NCBI GenBank assembly: GCA_951406725.2
Contig: OX597824.1
Location: 16,182,001 to 16,246,000 of the forward strand
DNA length: 64,000 bases
DNA from: Octopus vulgaris
Taxonomy: Eukaryota
Reading direction: 5' to 3'
In this document: in pieces, positions 40,835 to 54,375 of the stretch
Layout: each line of letters starts with the position of its first letter
How positions within the stretch are numbered: position 1 is the first letter of the stretch
Translations under genes and position numbers: made by a program
Notes under the pieces: model-generated
Told to the model about the DNA's origin: nothing
Seen by the model: only the letters and a program-made list of their open reading frames with translations
Databases searched by the model: none

Positions 40835-41400
40835 GCACAAGGCCTGAAATTTTAGGTTAGTCGATTAAAATGACCCCAGTGCGTAACTGGTACTTAGTTC
40901 ATCGACCCAGAAAGGATGAAAGGCAAAGTCGACATCGGCGGAGTTCGAACTCAGAACGGAGCGACGAGTGAAATACCTATTTCTTTACTACCCACAAGGG
41001 GTTAAATAAAGAAGGGACAAACAAGGACAGACAAAGAGATTAAGCTGATTATATCGACCCCAGTGCGTAACTGGTACTTAGTTCATCGACCCAGAAAGGA
41101 TGAAAGGCAAAGTCGATCTCGGCGGAATTTGAACTCAGAACATAGCGGCAGACGAAATACCGCTATGCATTTCACTTGATGTGCTAAAGTTTCTGCCAGC
41201 TCGCCGCCTTTAAATATCCTTTCTCCTCTAGACACAAGATTCGAAATCGCTGGTGGAGGGGCCCAGTCGATTAGATCGTCTCCTGTACGCAACAGGTACT
41301 TAATTTATCGACCTCGAAAAGAAGAAATGCAAAGTCAATCTCAGTGGAATTTGAGCTCACAACGTAGAGACAGACAAAATAACGCTAATCATTTCGCCCG
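40835..41400 (-). mobile_element. Cluster of SINE S1 units including a dimer
   Basis: Head ends ~41209; junction gaaatacctatttc at 40970-40983. Confidence 0.88.
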
Positions 41401-41408
41401 ACGTGTGG

Positions 41409-41635
41409 AGGCGTGTGGCTTAGTGGCTAGGGTGTTGAACTCATGATCGTAAGGTTGTGGTTTCGATTCCTGGACCGGGCGATGCGTTGTGTTCTTGAGC
41501 AAAACACTTCATTTTCACGTTGATCCAGTTCACTCAGATGGCAAAAATGAGTAATCCTGCGATGGACCGGCGCTCCGTACAGGTGGGGGATTTCTACGCC
41601 ACTGAAATCGGGAAACCTGGCATGGCTCCAGAAGG
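41409..41635 (+). mobile_element. tRNA-derived SINE with CORE-like domain
   Basis: ggcgtgtggcttagtggctaggg...ggtttcgattcctggacc...gttgtgttcttgagcaaaacactt. Confidence 0.82.
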
Positions 41636-41676
41636 AATATTTATTTTTTTTTGTATTTCGCCCTGTTTGCTAGCGT

Positions 41677-42145
41677 TTCTTATTTCTTTATTGCCCAAAA
41701 GGGGCTAAACATAGAGGGGATAAACAAGGGCAGACAAAGCGATTGAGTCGATCACATCGACCCCAGTGCGTAACTGGTACTTAATTTATCGGCCCCGAAA
41801 GGATGAAAGGCAAAGTCGACCTCGGCGGAATTTGAACTCAGAACGTAGCAGCAGGCGAAATACCTATTTCTTTACTGCCCACAAGGGGCTACACACAGAG
41901 GGGACAAACAAGGACAGAAAAACGGATTAAGTCAATTATATCGGTCCCTGTGCGTAGCTGGTGCGTATTTAATCGACCCCGAAAAGATGAAAGGCAAAGT
42001 CGTCCTCGGCGGAATTTGAACTCAGAACGTAGCAGCAGACGAAATACCTATTTCTTTACTGCCCACAAAGGGCTACACACAGAGGGGACAAACAAGGAAT
42101 AGACAAATGGATTACGTCGATTATATTGACCCCAATGCGTAATTG
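41677..42145 (-). mobile_element. Tandem array of head-less 184-bp SINE S1 units (~2.5 units)
   Basis: gaaatacctatttc at 41857 and 42041. Confidence 0.92.
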
Positions 42146-42399
42146 TCCTTGTTTAAAAACAAGTTTTATAGAATGCTATTAATTAATGTTTTCACACATT
42201 AACTTGTGAAAGTTAAACTATGTTAAATGTTAGAGAAAGAAAGATGTTTCGTATGATACATACCAATACATACATCTAAAGCAAAATTTTTTCAGGGTCC
42301 CTTAAAATAGTATTGTGGATCTTCTGTTTCCTATTTTGCTGTATGGACCCCCACAAAATCTTATAAGGAACCAAGTTGAGAATCACTGGTCTAAATAAA

Positions 42400-43030
42400 A
42401 GAAGGTGCTAGTCGACTACACCAATTGGTAATTATGTTATCGACCCTGAAGTGATGAAAGACGAAGTCAACCCCGGCGGAATTTGTACTCAGAATGTAAA
42501 GGCGGACGAAACACCGCTAAGCATTTCGTCCGGCGTACTAATGATTCTGCCAGCTCTCCGCCTTAGGTATACACTTATATACATTTCTACCTATTTCTTT
42601 ATTACCCACAAGGGGCTAAACACAGAGGGGACAAACAAGGACAGACATAGGTATTAAGTCGATTACATCGACCCCAGTGCGTAACTGGTACTTAATTTAT
42701 CGACCCCGAAAGGGTGAAAGGCAAAGTCGACCTCGGCGGAATTTGAACTCACAACGTAACGCTGACGAAATACCGCTAAGCATTTCGCCCGGCGTGCTAA
42801 CGTTTCTGCCAGCTCGCCGCTTTCTACCATAGGCACAAAGTCTCCCTTTGAAGAAGGGGACTAGTCGATCCCATCGACGCCAGTGTTCAAATAGTACTTG
42901 TTTTATTGACCCCAGGAAGAACGAAATGCAAAATTGACTTCGGTGGAGTTTGATATCAAAACGCAAAAGCGGGCGAAATGCCGCTAAGCATTTTGCCGGG
43001 CGGGCTGACGATTCTGGCAGCTCGTCGTTT
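42400..43030 (-). mobile_element. Three further SINE S1 copies (full monomer at 42590-42822)
   Basis: Three ...cagctcgccg-type heads near 42560, 42820 and 43025. Confidence 0.85.
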
Positions 43031-43795
43031 TAGGCATATACTAATATATGACATACACTAATAGGAAAACTTTGACACACATAGAAGGACATATGCACGT
43101 GTAGGCTAAAACATACACACACACGTGTACACAGCTATTCTTTAGGTAACCCCATTCATAGATATACAGAAATCCTGAATTAAAAAATGCACATACAGCG
43201 GAATATAGCAATCATATATTTAGAATGATGTGTGTTATGGAGAACAACAGTTACACTGTCAAATTTGTCTTATTGGACTGTCATTGTTGACCTGACCTCG
43301 AATGACATGACCTGATACAAGGTCAGCTAATGTTTCTGTTTCCGACAATTTATAATTCTCATTGAAAATGCCATCAAAGCAATACAAAAGTCTCGTCCAT
43401 TTTCTTCTTTCTATATTTTTTGCTTTCTTTTAGCAGAGGAGCTTAGATTTATGAGAAGCATGTATGTGCATATGAGACAGAGATAGATAAATACATGTAC
43501 GTATATATAACTATATCTACATATATGTATACATATATTTATATACATACGCACACACACGACACAAACATACGAATCATTGCACAAATCGTGACACATA
43601 CAGTCATGCATATATACATAGATATATATACATATGCGCACACGTGCATATATGTATGTATTGTATATACATATGTATATGAATATATGTATACATATAT
43701 GTAGATATAGTTATATATACATACATATATTTATCTATCTTTGTTTCTCTCTATATATACATATATAGATGAAAATATATACATCTATATCTATG

Positions 43796-43844
<49 letters not shown>

Positions 43845-44536
43845 ATGTGTGTTTGTGTGTGTGTATGTAGTAAAATGGCACAAGAAATGGAGAAATAAGA
43901 GACAAACAGCTGGACAACGTGCAGGGTTACAACAGGGAGACAAAATTTCAAAAAGTTGTGGACTTTCAAAATTTCACAAAGTATGCAAAGAGATTATCAT
44001 AAAACACAAAGCGATTAGCATAAAAGGGACGCGCACAGGGAATTAATTTTAAAAAGAGTGATGCGAGGTGGGTAAAAAAAGGGCAGAAGTTACTTAAAGT
44101 TCCGGGTGAACCTTTTATCGATGTAGAATAATACAACAAAGTGCATCCGATGTTGAGGCCCCAGTTCAGGTTTTTGGAATTGTTGTGGAGCGAGAAGTTA
44201 CCCCTTAATTAGTACTGTCTCTTACAAAAGTCTTCGCCAATCTTAAACTATTGTAAATTTCTACTAATTGCCAACTTATAAGTGGATGTTTCGCATTGCG
44301 GTTTTTACAGATAACACATTGGCCATGTTGGAGTCATTTCCATACCAAACCATGATATTTTGAAGTAGGGGTTCTGAATGAGAGGGGAAGACGCAAGACG
44401 ACCACCAAAAATGGCCGTGTAAAAGTCCTCGGCCACCTTACATAAACCAATCAAGATACATTGTTTTAAAACAGAAAAATGTCTATAATGAAAATTTATT
44501 ACATAATGTTCATTTCAAGAAGTTACTGTGCATTGT

Positions 44537-44913
44537 TAATATTTCATGTGGCTTCCCTTAGCTTGAATAATTGCTTCAATGCTCCCGGGAAGAGATGCGT
44601 ACAAATCCTTCATCATCTTCACAGGTATGAGATGTTATTCTCTGTGGCTGAGCTCCCGCAACTCTTCAAGATTGCGTGGATTCTTCTGGCGGACTCTTCT
44701 CTTTAGTTCTGTTCATATTTACTCGATGATATTTAAGTCATGGCTCTGAGCTGGCCAATCTTTCAATACGGTAACACCTTCATCAGCCAGACTCTGTTGT
44801 GTTGCACTCGATTTGTGGCGTAGACCTCCGTCATGCTGAAAAAAATCTCACCTTCATCCAAGTCTGGTATCAAATTGTCCTTCAGCAACTGGGTGTATTT
44901 GCCACTATTCAAG
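44537..44913 (-). pseudogene. Tc1 DD34E transposase C-terminal remnant
   Basis: LNSGKYTQLLKDNL...F/QHDGGLRH...DWPAQSHDLNIIE*...AIIQAKGSHMKY*. Confidence 0.88.
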
Positions 44914-44914
44914 T

Positions 44915-45144
44915 TACTCTTTTACTCTTTACTCTTTTACTTGTTTCAGTCATTTGATTGCGGCCATGCTGGAGCACCGCCTTTTTAGTCGAAGCAAATC
45001 GACCCCGGGACTTATTCTTTTGTAAGCCCAGTACTTATTCTATCGGTCTCTTTTGCCGAACCACTAAGTGACGGGGACGTAAACACACCAGCATCGGTTG
45101 TCAAGCAATGCTAGGGAGACAAACAGAGACACACAAACACACAG

Positions 45145-45191
<47 letters not shown>

Positions 45192-45358
45192 TACGACAGG
45201 CTTCTTTCAGTTTCCGTCTACCAAATCCACTCACAAGGCTTTGGTCGGCCCGGGGCTATAGCAGAAGACACTTGACCAAGATGCCACGCAGTGGGACTGA
45301 ACCCGGAACCATGTGGCTGGTAAGCAAGCTACTTACCACACAGCCATTCCTGCGCCTA
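44915..45358 (-). mobile_element. SINE family S2, full length, nested in the Tc1 element
   Basis: Complete copy interrupting the element at the edge of the transposase remnant. Confidence 0.93.
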
Positions 45359-45938
45359 TTTTACCTAAGTTACCGTTAATTGTAACTAACTTTCTTGAAC
45401 TATCACTTTTTATGTATCTCCAAATCATCAGACTCTTACCCCCCCAAACTTCACTATTTTCGTCGTGCAACGTGGTGCGTTTCGCTTTCCTGGAGGCCTT
45501 CTGACAAATTCTCGCTTATTAAAACCCCTACTACAAAATATAATGATTAAGACCCATATTTCATCTGTAAAAAACGCATGCGAAATATGAATAAGTTGGC
45601 AATTAGTAGAAATTTACAATAGAAATTTACAAAAGTGGCTGAAGACTTTTGTACGGTACTGTATTTATCTTAGGACCTTTTTGACTCGGGTTAGATAAAT
45701 CTCTTAGGGTTAGAGAGATCCCGGTTATTTTTTGATAAAACCCTGGTGAAGAAAGTTCTAACGAGAAAGATACGCTGACAAAAATTTAGCTATCCAACTA
45801 GTACCAGTTATCTTGCAATTCTTGTCGATAGGACTTATCATGACGACCCAGAAGATGTTATAGCTCGTTATCTAAGAGATGAGGAATTATGTACATTATT
45901 TACATTTGACGGATATTTGTCCTCATCTTGTTTGTTGT

Positions 45939-45986
45939 TAACACAACGCTTCGACTGATATACCCTCCAGCCTTCATCAGGTGTCT
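45939..45986 (-). ncRNA. Minimal hammerhead ribozyme (one core substitution)
   Basis: ACAC-CTGATGA-A-GGCTG-gagggtatat-CAGTC-GAAG-CG-TT-GTGT. Confidence 0.7.
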
Positions 45987-46391
45987 TGGGGAAATTTTAA
46001 ACCTGGGTTCTCACTCCTAAGGTGTTTTTCGATGTTTATCATTTAAATATATATATATGAACGTCTAGATATGCAACTATATGCTTAAGAAGACGTACAT
46101 AAAGCAAAACATGCAAACTTGCGCATACATACATACATACATACATACATACATACATACGAACAAAACAAAAATACCCTGTTGCTGATATTGAAATTCC
46201 AATGAAGGAATCTTGGAACTGGGTTCGAAACCGATTCTTTCTCAATTGGCAAGAAATCTCGAAATAAACTGAATAATGACATACATGCATGCACAGACGC
46301 ATATAATGCAAAGTGCATTGTGACCAGTGATGCATTACAACAACCAGCAAATATCTGATCAATACCGTGAAAGATAGATAGATATTGTCTT

Positions 46392-46478
<87 letters not shown>

Positions 46479-47555
46479 CCCGCGAGTGTCGCGTTGCTCT
46501 CAAGCAACTCTGCCGTCCTGGGTCGACCTTGAGTGACTTCAACACAACCAAAGCATTCTATAGGGGATTAGTGGAGGGGAGGTACGACGACGAGCTCGGG
46601 GCGAACCTGGACGTCGACGAGGAGTACCTGACCCGCCTGTTCAGGACGACTTTCAGGCCAGGGCCCATGGACAACTTCCAGAGATCCCTGGCCTGGCAGT
46701 GTTACCGAGAAGCGCTACCCGTTCGGGATAAGCTCTACAGACACGGCTCGAGAAACACGGGGCCGACCTGCCCGAGATGCGGTCAGAGCGACGAAACCGT
46801 TCTGCACGCACTCGTGCAGTGTCCAACAATTTCCGACCTGTGGGCTTATGTCGAACAACTGCTGTCACGTGTGGGACGAGTCGGTTTATCAGCTGAGTCT
46901 ATCGTCAATATTGTCACGCCTCCTTCCTTCAAACGGGAAAGGAAGAGCTATTTTCATCATCCTTGTGGCTATGGCGAAAGAATGTATCTGGTGGACGCGT
47001 CTGAAAGGATTGGAGACAAACACTTTCCTCTCTGGTCAATCTCTCATCAACTTCTTCAAGTACCACTTGAAAAAGAAAGTGAAGAGTAGAGAGGCAAGTT
47101 TTGTCTAGCGAATGTTTTAAAAAAAGATGGGTGAATGTAGCAAGGATGGCACGTATGAATGACGAAGCCACCTTGAGCATAATCCTATGAACCCAGAAAT
47201 TGAAAACAGAGGGTTACCCACTTGCAAACAAATGTGGTAACATATAACAATATTGACCAAGGTTACCGTGGTCTTTTTCGTAGGCTTTTCTTCCCACGGA
47301 TAAACCTTACTTGCTATCCCCTTTACACCATATATCATAACACTGTGATACACGATCCCTATTGATCGTTCTTTTTTTTTCCTCTTCCCCTTTTTTCTTC
47401 CTTTTTCATTTCTCTTTTCTTTTGTTCCTTTTCCTTTTCTTTTTCTTTTTTTAATTCTTTTTCTTTTGTCTTTTGTTTTTTCATCCCCCAAAAGAAAAGC
47501 TCTACCTTGTAACTTGTCCCATCTGTGTGCAGCCCTGTGTGGCCAATAAAGAAAC
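46479..47555 (+). mobile_element. 5'-truncated Tx1/L1-type LINE (zf-RVT region plus T-rich 3' UTR) in (TATC)n
   Basis: FQRSLAWQCYREALPVRDKLYRHG...CPRCGQSDETVLHALVQCP, then frameshifted AKECIWWTR; ends aataaagaaac followed by tatctatc. Confidence 0.88.
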
Positions 47556-47876
47556 TTATCTATCTATCAATCTATCTATGGATAAACACACACATATACA
47601 CAGTCATACGCTTATAAATACATTACGCATAGTGATACGTTTGTGCGTGTATTTATATATATATATATATATATATATGGAGAGAAAGAGAGAGAGAGAG
47701 AGAGAGAGTAGACTGACAGATATATATACATACATATATACATACACTCACACATTCATACACACGCAAATAGTGTGAAGTGTATTGTGACCAGCGATGT
47801 ATAACAACAACCACCAATAATCTGATCAATACCGTGAAAGATATAAAGATACTATCTATCTATCTATCTAACGTGG

Positions 47877-48550
47877 ATGCGCAATGGCCCAGTGGATAGG
47901 GCAGCGGACTCGCGATCGTAGGATCGCGGTTTCGGCTCCCAAACCGGGCGTTGTGAGTATTTATTGAGCGAAAACACCTAAAGCTCCACTAAGCTCCGGC
48001 AGGGGTTGGTGGCAAACCCTGCTGTACTCTTTCACCACAACTTTCTCTCACTCTTTCTTCCTGTTTCTATTATACCTGTATTTCAAAGGGCCAGCCTTGT
48101 CACACCCTGTGTGACACTGAATCTCTCCAGGAACTATGTTAAAGGTACACGAGTCTGTGGAGTGCTCAGCCACTTGCACGCTAATTTCACTAGCAGGCTG
48201 TCCCGTGGATCGGATCAACGTCGTAACTGACGGTGTGCCACGATATATATATGGAGGCCCAATGACCCAGTGGTTAGGGCAGCGGACTCGCGGACGTAGG
48301 ATTGCGGTTTCGGTTCCCAAAACGGGCTTTGTTGAGCGAAAACACCTAAAGTTCCTGCTGTACTCTTTCACCACAACTTTCTCTCACTCTTTCTTCATGC
48401 TTCTGTTGTACCTGTATTTCAAAGGGCCAGCCTTGTCACACTTTATGTCACGCTGAATCTCTCCGTGTCAGTGGAGTGCTCAGCCACTTGCACGTTAATT
48501 TCATGAGCAGGCTGGAAACCACGTCGTCGTAACAGCCGTAGTGCCACGAT
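47877..48550 (+). mobile_element. Two tandem S3-headed SINEs with an alternative 3' body
   Basis: Heads near 47877 and 48254 (cccagtgg.tagggcagcggactcgcg); shared tail gtggagtgctcagccacttgcacg. Confidence 0.88.
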
Positions 48551-48602
48551 TTATTTATCTATCTGCCTGTCTGTCGATACACACACACACTCATAGACCT
48601 AT

Positions 48603-48677
<75 letters not shown>

Positions 48678-49381
48678 GATAAATAATAACAAAGGGTAAA
48701 ATTAATTAATTAAGAAGTAATCAATAATTTCACCAAGTAGAATTCGGCATGAAAAAAAGGACCATTTCACGGTAAACTTAAGTAATTGTTTTCAAGTATT
48801 TTGGTATTTCTGGGAGTCCCTTTTTAAAGTAGAAGAAATAGCTAAGGTTTTGGCTGCTATTTCTAAACTTCGGTATGTTGTAAAGCAATCTTTGCTAATT
48901 ATTAAGTTTATATATATATATAGATTGATTGATTGATACATATATACACATATATATACATATACTATGTATATGTATAATCACACACACACACACATAC
49001 ACACACACATGCATATACGTATGTTTTTCTGTCTCTCTCTGTGCCCCTGTCTCTCTGTGCCTCTGCCTCTCCGTCTCTCTTTATCGGTGTAACTCAATGG
49101 AAGCACTATATGAAAATAGATAAGTTGATATACAGATGGATGCATGGATGATTAAACAGAGATAAAATAATACAGCTTACAGACAGATATGGTTGTAAAT
49201 TGACAGATGGACAAATACATACATATGTGTTCGAATATATGCGCACGTACATGTATACACGCATAAACTTACATACGCACACATACAAACATACATGCAC
49301 ACATACGTCCATATATACACTCATATATACATTCATACATACGTACACACATATACAATACATCTATTTATCCATCTATTA

Positions 49382-49486
<105 letters not shown>

Positions 49487-50247
49487 CTTATATATATAAG
49501 AGTCAGGGAAGCCAATTGCACCGAGCAAAAGTATTTATCATACCAGAGTTAATTGCTACGGGTTACTAAGGGCATTTTTGAAAAATGTAAAAATTGTTAA
49601 AACCAATTCAAATAAAACCAATGCGAAAAACAAAACACAGATATAACAAAGATAATACAACCTTACACTTTGACATCTTGATGTCGCAATGATGGTGCCA
49701 AAAAAAAAAGAGAAAGATAAAGATGTTAAGATTTAGGAACGAATGCTAAGTTTTGTCAATTTCTATACTATCAATTTTGAGCCGAAATCTTCGCATACCG
49801 AATATAAATAAATATATAAATACAGTCATGTGCAAAAAAAAAGGAAAAACAAAATGGAAGAAAAAATTTGCTTAACCAATCACTCAACATCATTTCAACT
49901 TCTGTATATTTTGATTGACACTACTCCGTGAACCTTTCGTAGAATATCTCGTTCGTTTCATTTTCTCAAAACTATTATCAAATTATTTATAGTAAATAAT
50001 AAATAAATAAATAAATAGATAAAGAGACAAACAACAAACTATGGTGTGCAGTTTATTATTTTTTTTATCAAATTTAGCTACGCTTTGTATGTGTTTAGAT
50101 TCTTCACCATTTCCCTGTGTTTCCTAGGTATGTATGTATGTATGTATGTATGTATGTATGTATATATGTATGTATGTATATACACTTGCTGACAGACAGA
50201 AACATATACTTATACATACACACACACCTATATATATATACATATAT

Positions 50248-50285
<38 letters not shown>

Positions 50286-50287
50286 CT

Positions 50288-50318
<31 letters not shown>

Positions 50319-50374
50319 ACGAGTGTATATGAATATGTGTGCGTATGTTTATACATATATATACACACACACAC

Positions 50375-50405
<31 letters not shown>

Positions 50406-50445
50406 AATGTAAATGTATGTATATGTATATATTCATATATATATA

Positions 50446-50479
<34 letters not shown>

Positions 50480-50552
50480 CATATATTTATATACATATAT
50501 ACATATGTATATATACATATATACATATATATATATACATTTATATATACAT

Positions 50553-50586
<34 letters not shown>

Positions 50587-50601
50587 CTATACATATATAT
50601 A

Positions 50602-50635
<34 letters not shown>

Positions 50636-50727
50636 TATCTATATATATATATAAAAAAAAAAAAAAAAAAAAGAAAAGAAAAAAGAAAATACATACATAT
50701 ATATATATATATATACATCTATATATA

Positions 50728-50769
<42 letters not shown>

Positions 50770-51019
50770 CAGTAATTTGTCAAAAATGTTTCGAAATCAC
50801 AGTTTATTTGCTTATTAAAACAATTTGATTCTAACAATACATAACAAGTATGGCGGAAAAGAAAGAAAAAGAAAGAAAGAAAGGAAAACAAGACTAAAAT
50901 TGGTTACGTAATTCATTTTTTAAAGAAATATTTCCTGTCTAATCACATTTCTGTTGCTGAGTCTGGCAGTTTTCATGGTCGCAGAATCATTCTTATCGTA
51001 CGATTGGCGTCTTTCTTGT

Positions 51020-52272
51020 GCTCGTGGTGGTGGTGGTGGTGGTGGTGGTGGTGGTGGTGGTCGTCGTCGTCATCGTCACGGTTGACATTGTCGTCGTTCT
51101 CTCGTCTTTTTTTTTTTCTCCTGAACATCATCACCGTGGTCATCGTGAACCTCATCTTGACGATCACCTCCACCACTACCACCACCACCACCACCACCAC
51201 CACTACTACCACCACCACCAGCACCACCACTACCACCACCACCACCACCACTACTACCACCAGCACCACCGCCACCAGCACCACCAGCACCACCAGCACC
51301 ACCACCAGCACCACCACCATCACCACCACTACCACCAGCACCACCACCACCACCACCAACCACCATTACCACCACCACCACCACCACCACCACTACCACT
51401 ACCACCACCACCATCACTACTACGACCACCAGCACCACCACCGAGGCTGCCAGCAACACAACCACCACCGACGCCGCGAGCAACACACCCATCACCGGCA
51501 GTACCACCACCACCACCACCACCATCACCACCACCACCACCAACGCTCCTGTCTTCACCACCTTAACCATGAAATGAACCCCCCTCCGACCTTGAACTGC
51601 TCCACAAACTTCAATATCACCACCACCATCACCACCACCACCACCACCATCATCATCCTCCTCCTCCTCATCATCATCATCCTCATTATCACATCGAACC
51701 ATCACCAACACCGATATCCCCACCGCCGTCGCCCCGAACCATCGCTAACGTCACCATCTCCAACCCCGCCGCCACCACCACCACCACACCACCACCACCG
51801 TATACCTCTATACTACATACCGCAAAACTGTATGTATGACAGATGCAGGGTTCTAACGTAGCCGGATTACCGGCGCACTGTGGGGGCCTAACCGCACGTG
51901 GCATGAAGAAGGTGAGGGCGGGGGTGTAGGATATCTTCCATCTTGACGGAGATGATGTCGTAGCTAGAGTTAACGTCAGTGTTTCTCGAGGTAATGGTGA
52001 TGAGGAATATGAGGAGGATGAAGATGATGATGCCGATTATGTTGGTGTTATTGCTGTTGGTAGTAGTAGTAGTAGTAGTAGTAGTAATAGTGGTGGTGGT
52101 GGTGGTGGTAGTAGTTGCAGTGGTGGTGGTTGTGTGGCGGTGTTAGTAGTATTAGTTGTTGTAGTGGCGATAGTGGTGGTGTGTGTGGCGGCGGTGGTAG
52201 TAGCTTCAGAGGTGGTGGTAGTGTGGCGGTGGTGGTATTTGTTGAGTTAGTATCAGTATTAGTAATAGTATA

Positions 52273-52322
<50 letters not shown>

Positions 52323-52343
52323 CATTATTATTATTATTATTAT

Positions 52344-52383
<40 letters not shown>

Positions 52384-52501
52384 TGTAGTTGTAGTAGTAG
52401 TAGTTGTTCTAATATTAGTGTTAGTAATTTTAATAATTATTAGAATAATTTTTATTATTATTATTATTACTAGTAGCAGTAGTAGTAGTAGCAGCAGCAG
52501 C

Positions 52502-52551
<50 letters not shown>

Positions 52552-52630
52552 CAGCAGCACCAGCAGCAGCAGTAGTAGTAGTCGTAGTTGTAGTTATGAC
52601 ATTAGTGGTGCTGATGCTGGTGTTGATGGC
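51020..52630. repeat. (ACC)n/(GGT)n/(AGT)n/(ATT)n compound low-complexity region
   Basis: Direct reading. Confidence 0.9.
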
Positions 52631-53164
52631 TGGTTTCATGGATGTTATCGCGAAAGCCGCTCAGGGCAATGTTCTTACAAATGGTCTGTTTCTGTTTTTT
52701 TCCTGATCAACATCTGATCGTGATGCAAAACACGTGATCAAAACATTGAACCAATGATCACTCCATCCATTTTCAAACGGGATGCATGATTGTATAAACC
52801 GATGCGCTCCATATTTTTTTTCAAGTCTGTAGTGTTTTTAATGTGAGGGAGACTGGTTGCGGTTTCTAGCGAATCGAAGTAACCGCTTAATGGTTGCGTC
52901 GTTGGCTCGCTGTTGATGTTGTTGGCGATGGTGTTTGTGTGAGCCAGCGTGTTGTGTGCAAGTGCTACACGAAGAAATATAAGGACAGATGGTGGACTTT
53001 AGGGTTAAATCTGAGCTACACTCGCATGCAACCGCATACACACTTAAACACAGTGACCCCTATACGCACCAGCTCATATATAAATGCATACACACATATA
53101 TATATTCATGCATATGTGTGAGTGTATGTATGTGAATATGCGTGTGTTCTCTTTCTCTCTTTCT

Positions 53165-53386
53165 CTTTTAATCGTTTCAGTCGTTTGACTGCGGCCATGC
53201 TGGAGCACCACATTTAGTCGAGCAAATCGACCTCCAGGACTTATTCTTTGCGAGCCTAGTACTTATTCTATCGGTCTCTTTTGCCGAACCGCTAAGTTAC
53301 GGGGAGGTAAACACACCAGCATCGGTTGACAAGCGATGTTGGGGGGGGGGGGACAAACACAGACACACAAACATACACACACATAC

Positions 53387-53419
<33 letters not shown>

Positions 53420-53580
53420 CGACGGCCTTCTTTCAGTTTCCGTCTACCAAATCCACTCACAGGGCTTCGATTGGCCTGAGGCTATAGTAGAAGACACTTG
53501 CCCAAGAGGCCACGCAGTGGAAATGAACCCGGAAACATGTGGTTGGTAAGCAGCCTACTTACCACACAGCCACTCCTGTG
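53165..53580 (-). mobile_element. SINE family S2
   Basis: Full reverse-complement copy. Confidence 0.92.
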
Positions 53581-53948
53581 TATGATCAAAATTAACGAGG
53601 ATAACAACAAAGAGGGTAAAGTGAGACATAATGTATTTGTTAGTTTCACGCTTAATGTGAAATTAAGACAATAGAATTGCCTTTGACGTTTCACATTTAA
53701 ACACTTTGTCAGAACGATACATAATTAGACAGAATGAAATTACAATAATTACAGAAATAACACAATAATATGTATGCAAATATCAAAACATGAGTTGAGC
53801 CAGTGCCCAAACAAGGATACATTGTAAAGTAACGATCGGATGTAGATCAGGAAAAAAAAAACAAAACAAAACAGAAGCAGACCATCTGTAAGAACACTGC
53901 CCACAGCAGCTTTCTCGTAAAATTTTCGCGACATTCTGTGTTCAAATA

Positions 53949-54375
53949 GGCGCAGGAGTGGCTGTGTGGTAAGTAACTTGTTTACCAACCACATGGTTCC
54001 GGGTTCAGTCCCACTGCGTGGCATCTTGGGCAAGTGTCTTCTACTATAGCCTCGGGCCGACCAAAGCCTTGTGAGTGGATTTGGTAGACGGAAACTGAAA
54101 AGAAGCCCGTCGTATATATGTATATAAAAATGTATGTGCGTGTATGTTTGTGTGTCTGTGTTTGTCCCCCTAGCATTGCTTGACAACTGATGCTGGTGTG
54201 TTTATGTCCCCGTTACTTAGCGGTTCGGCAAAAGAGACCGATAGAACAAGTACTGGGCTTACAAAAAGAATAAGTCCCGGGGTCGAGTTGCTCGATTAAA
54301 GGCGGTGCTCCAGCATGGCCGCAGTCAAATGGCTGAAACAAGTAAAAGAGTAAAAGAGTAAAGAGTAAAGAGTAA
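53949..54375 (+). mobile_element. SINE family S2, full-length reference copy
   Basis: tRNA-like head ggcgcaggagtggctgtgtggtaag...gggttcagtccc, CORE-like tggcatcttgggcaagtg, microsatellite linker, CR1-like tail and (GAGTAAAA)n. Confidence 0.94.

Larger units (their letters stand above)
44215..45661 (-). mobile_element. Internally deleted Tc1-family DNA transposon
   Basis: ~100-bp imperfect TIRs (acaaaagtcttc...tgtaaatttctactaattgccaacttat), TA on both sides, transposase remnant inside. Confidence 0.88.

Noticed and set aside
41677-42145. Regularly spaced repeats resembling a CRISPR array
   Set aside because: Whole 184-bp SINE units repeat with no unique spacers and no cas genes; eukaryotic context.
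42290-42392. hAT-like terminus gttgagaatcactg
   Set aside because: No convincing partner TIR or 8-bp TSD located.
51004-51861. 285-aa Thr/His/Pro-rich ORF
   Set aside because: (ACC)n microsatellite artefact.
53949-54020. SINE heads as functional tRNA genes
   Set aside because: A/B-box-like motifs are present but cloverleafs are incomplete and continue into SINE bodies.
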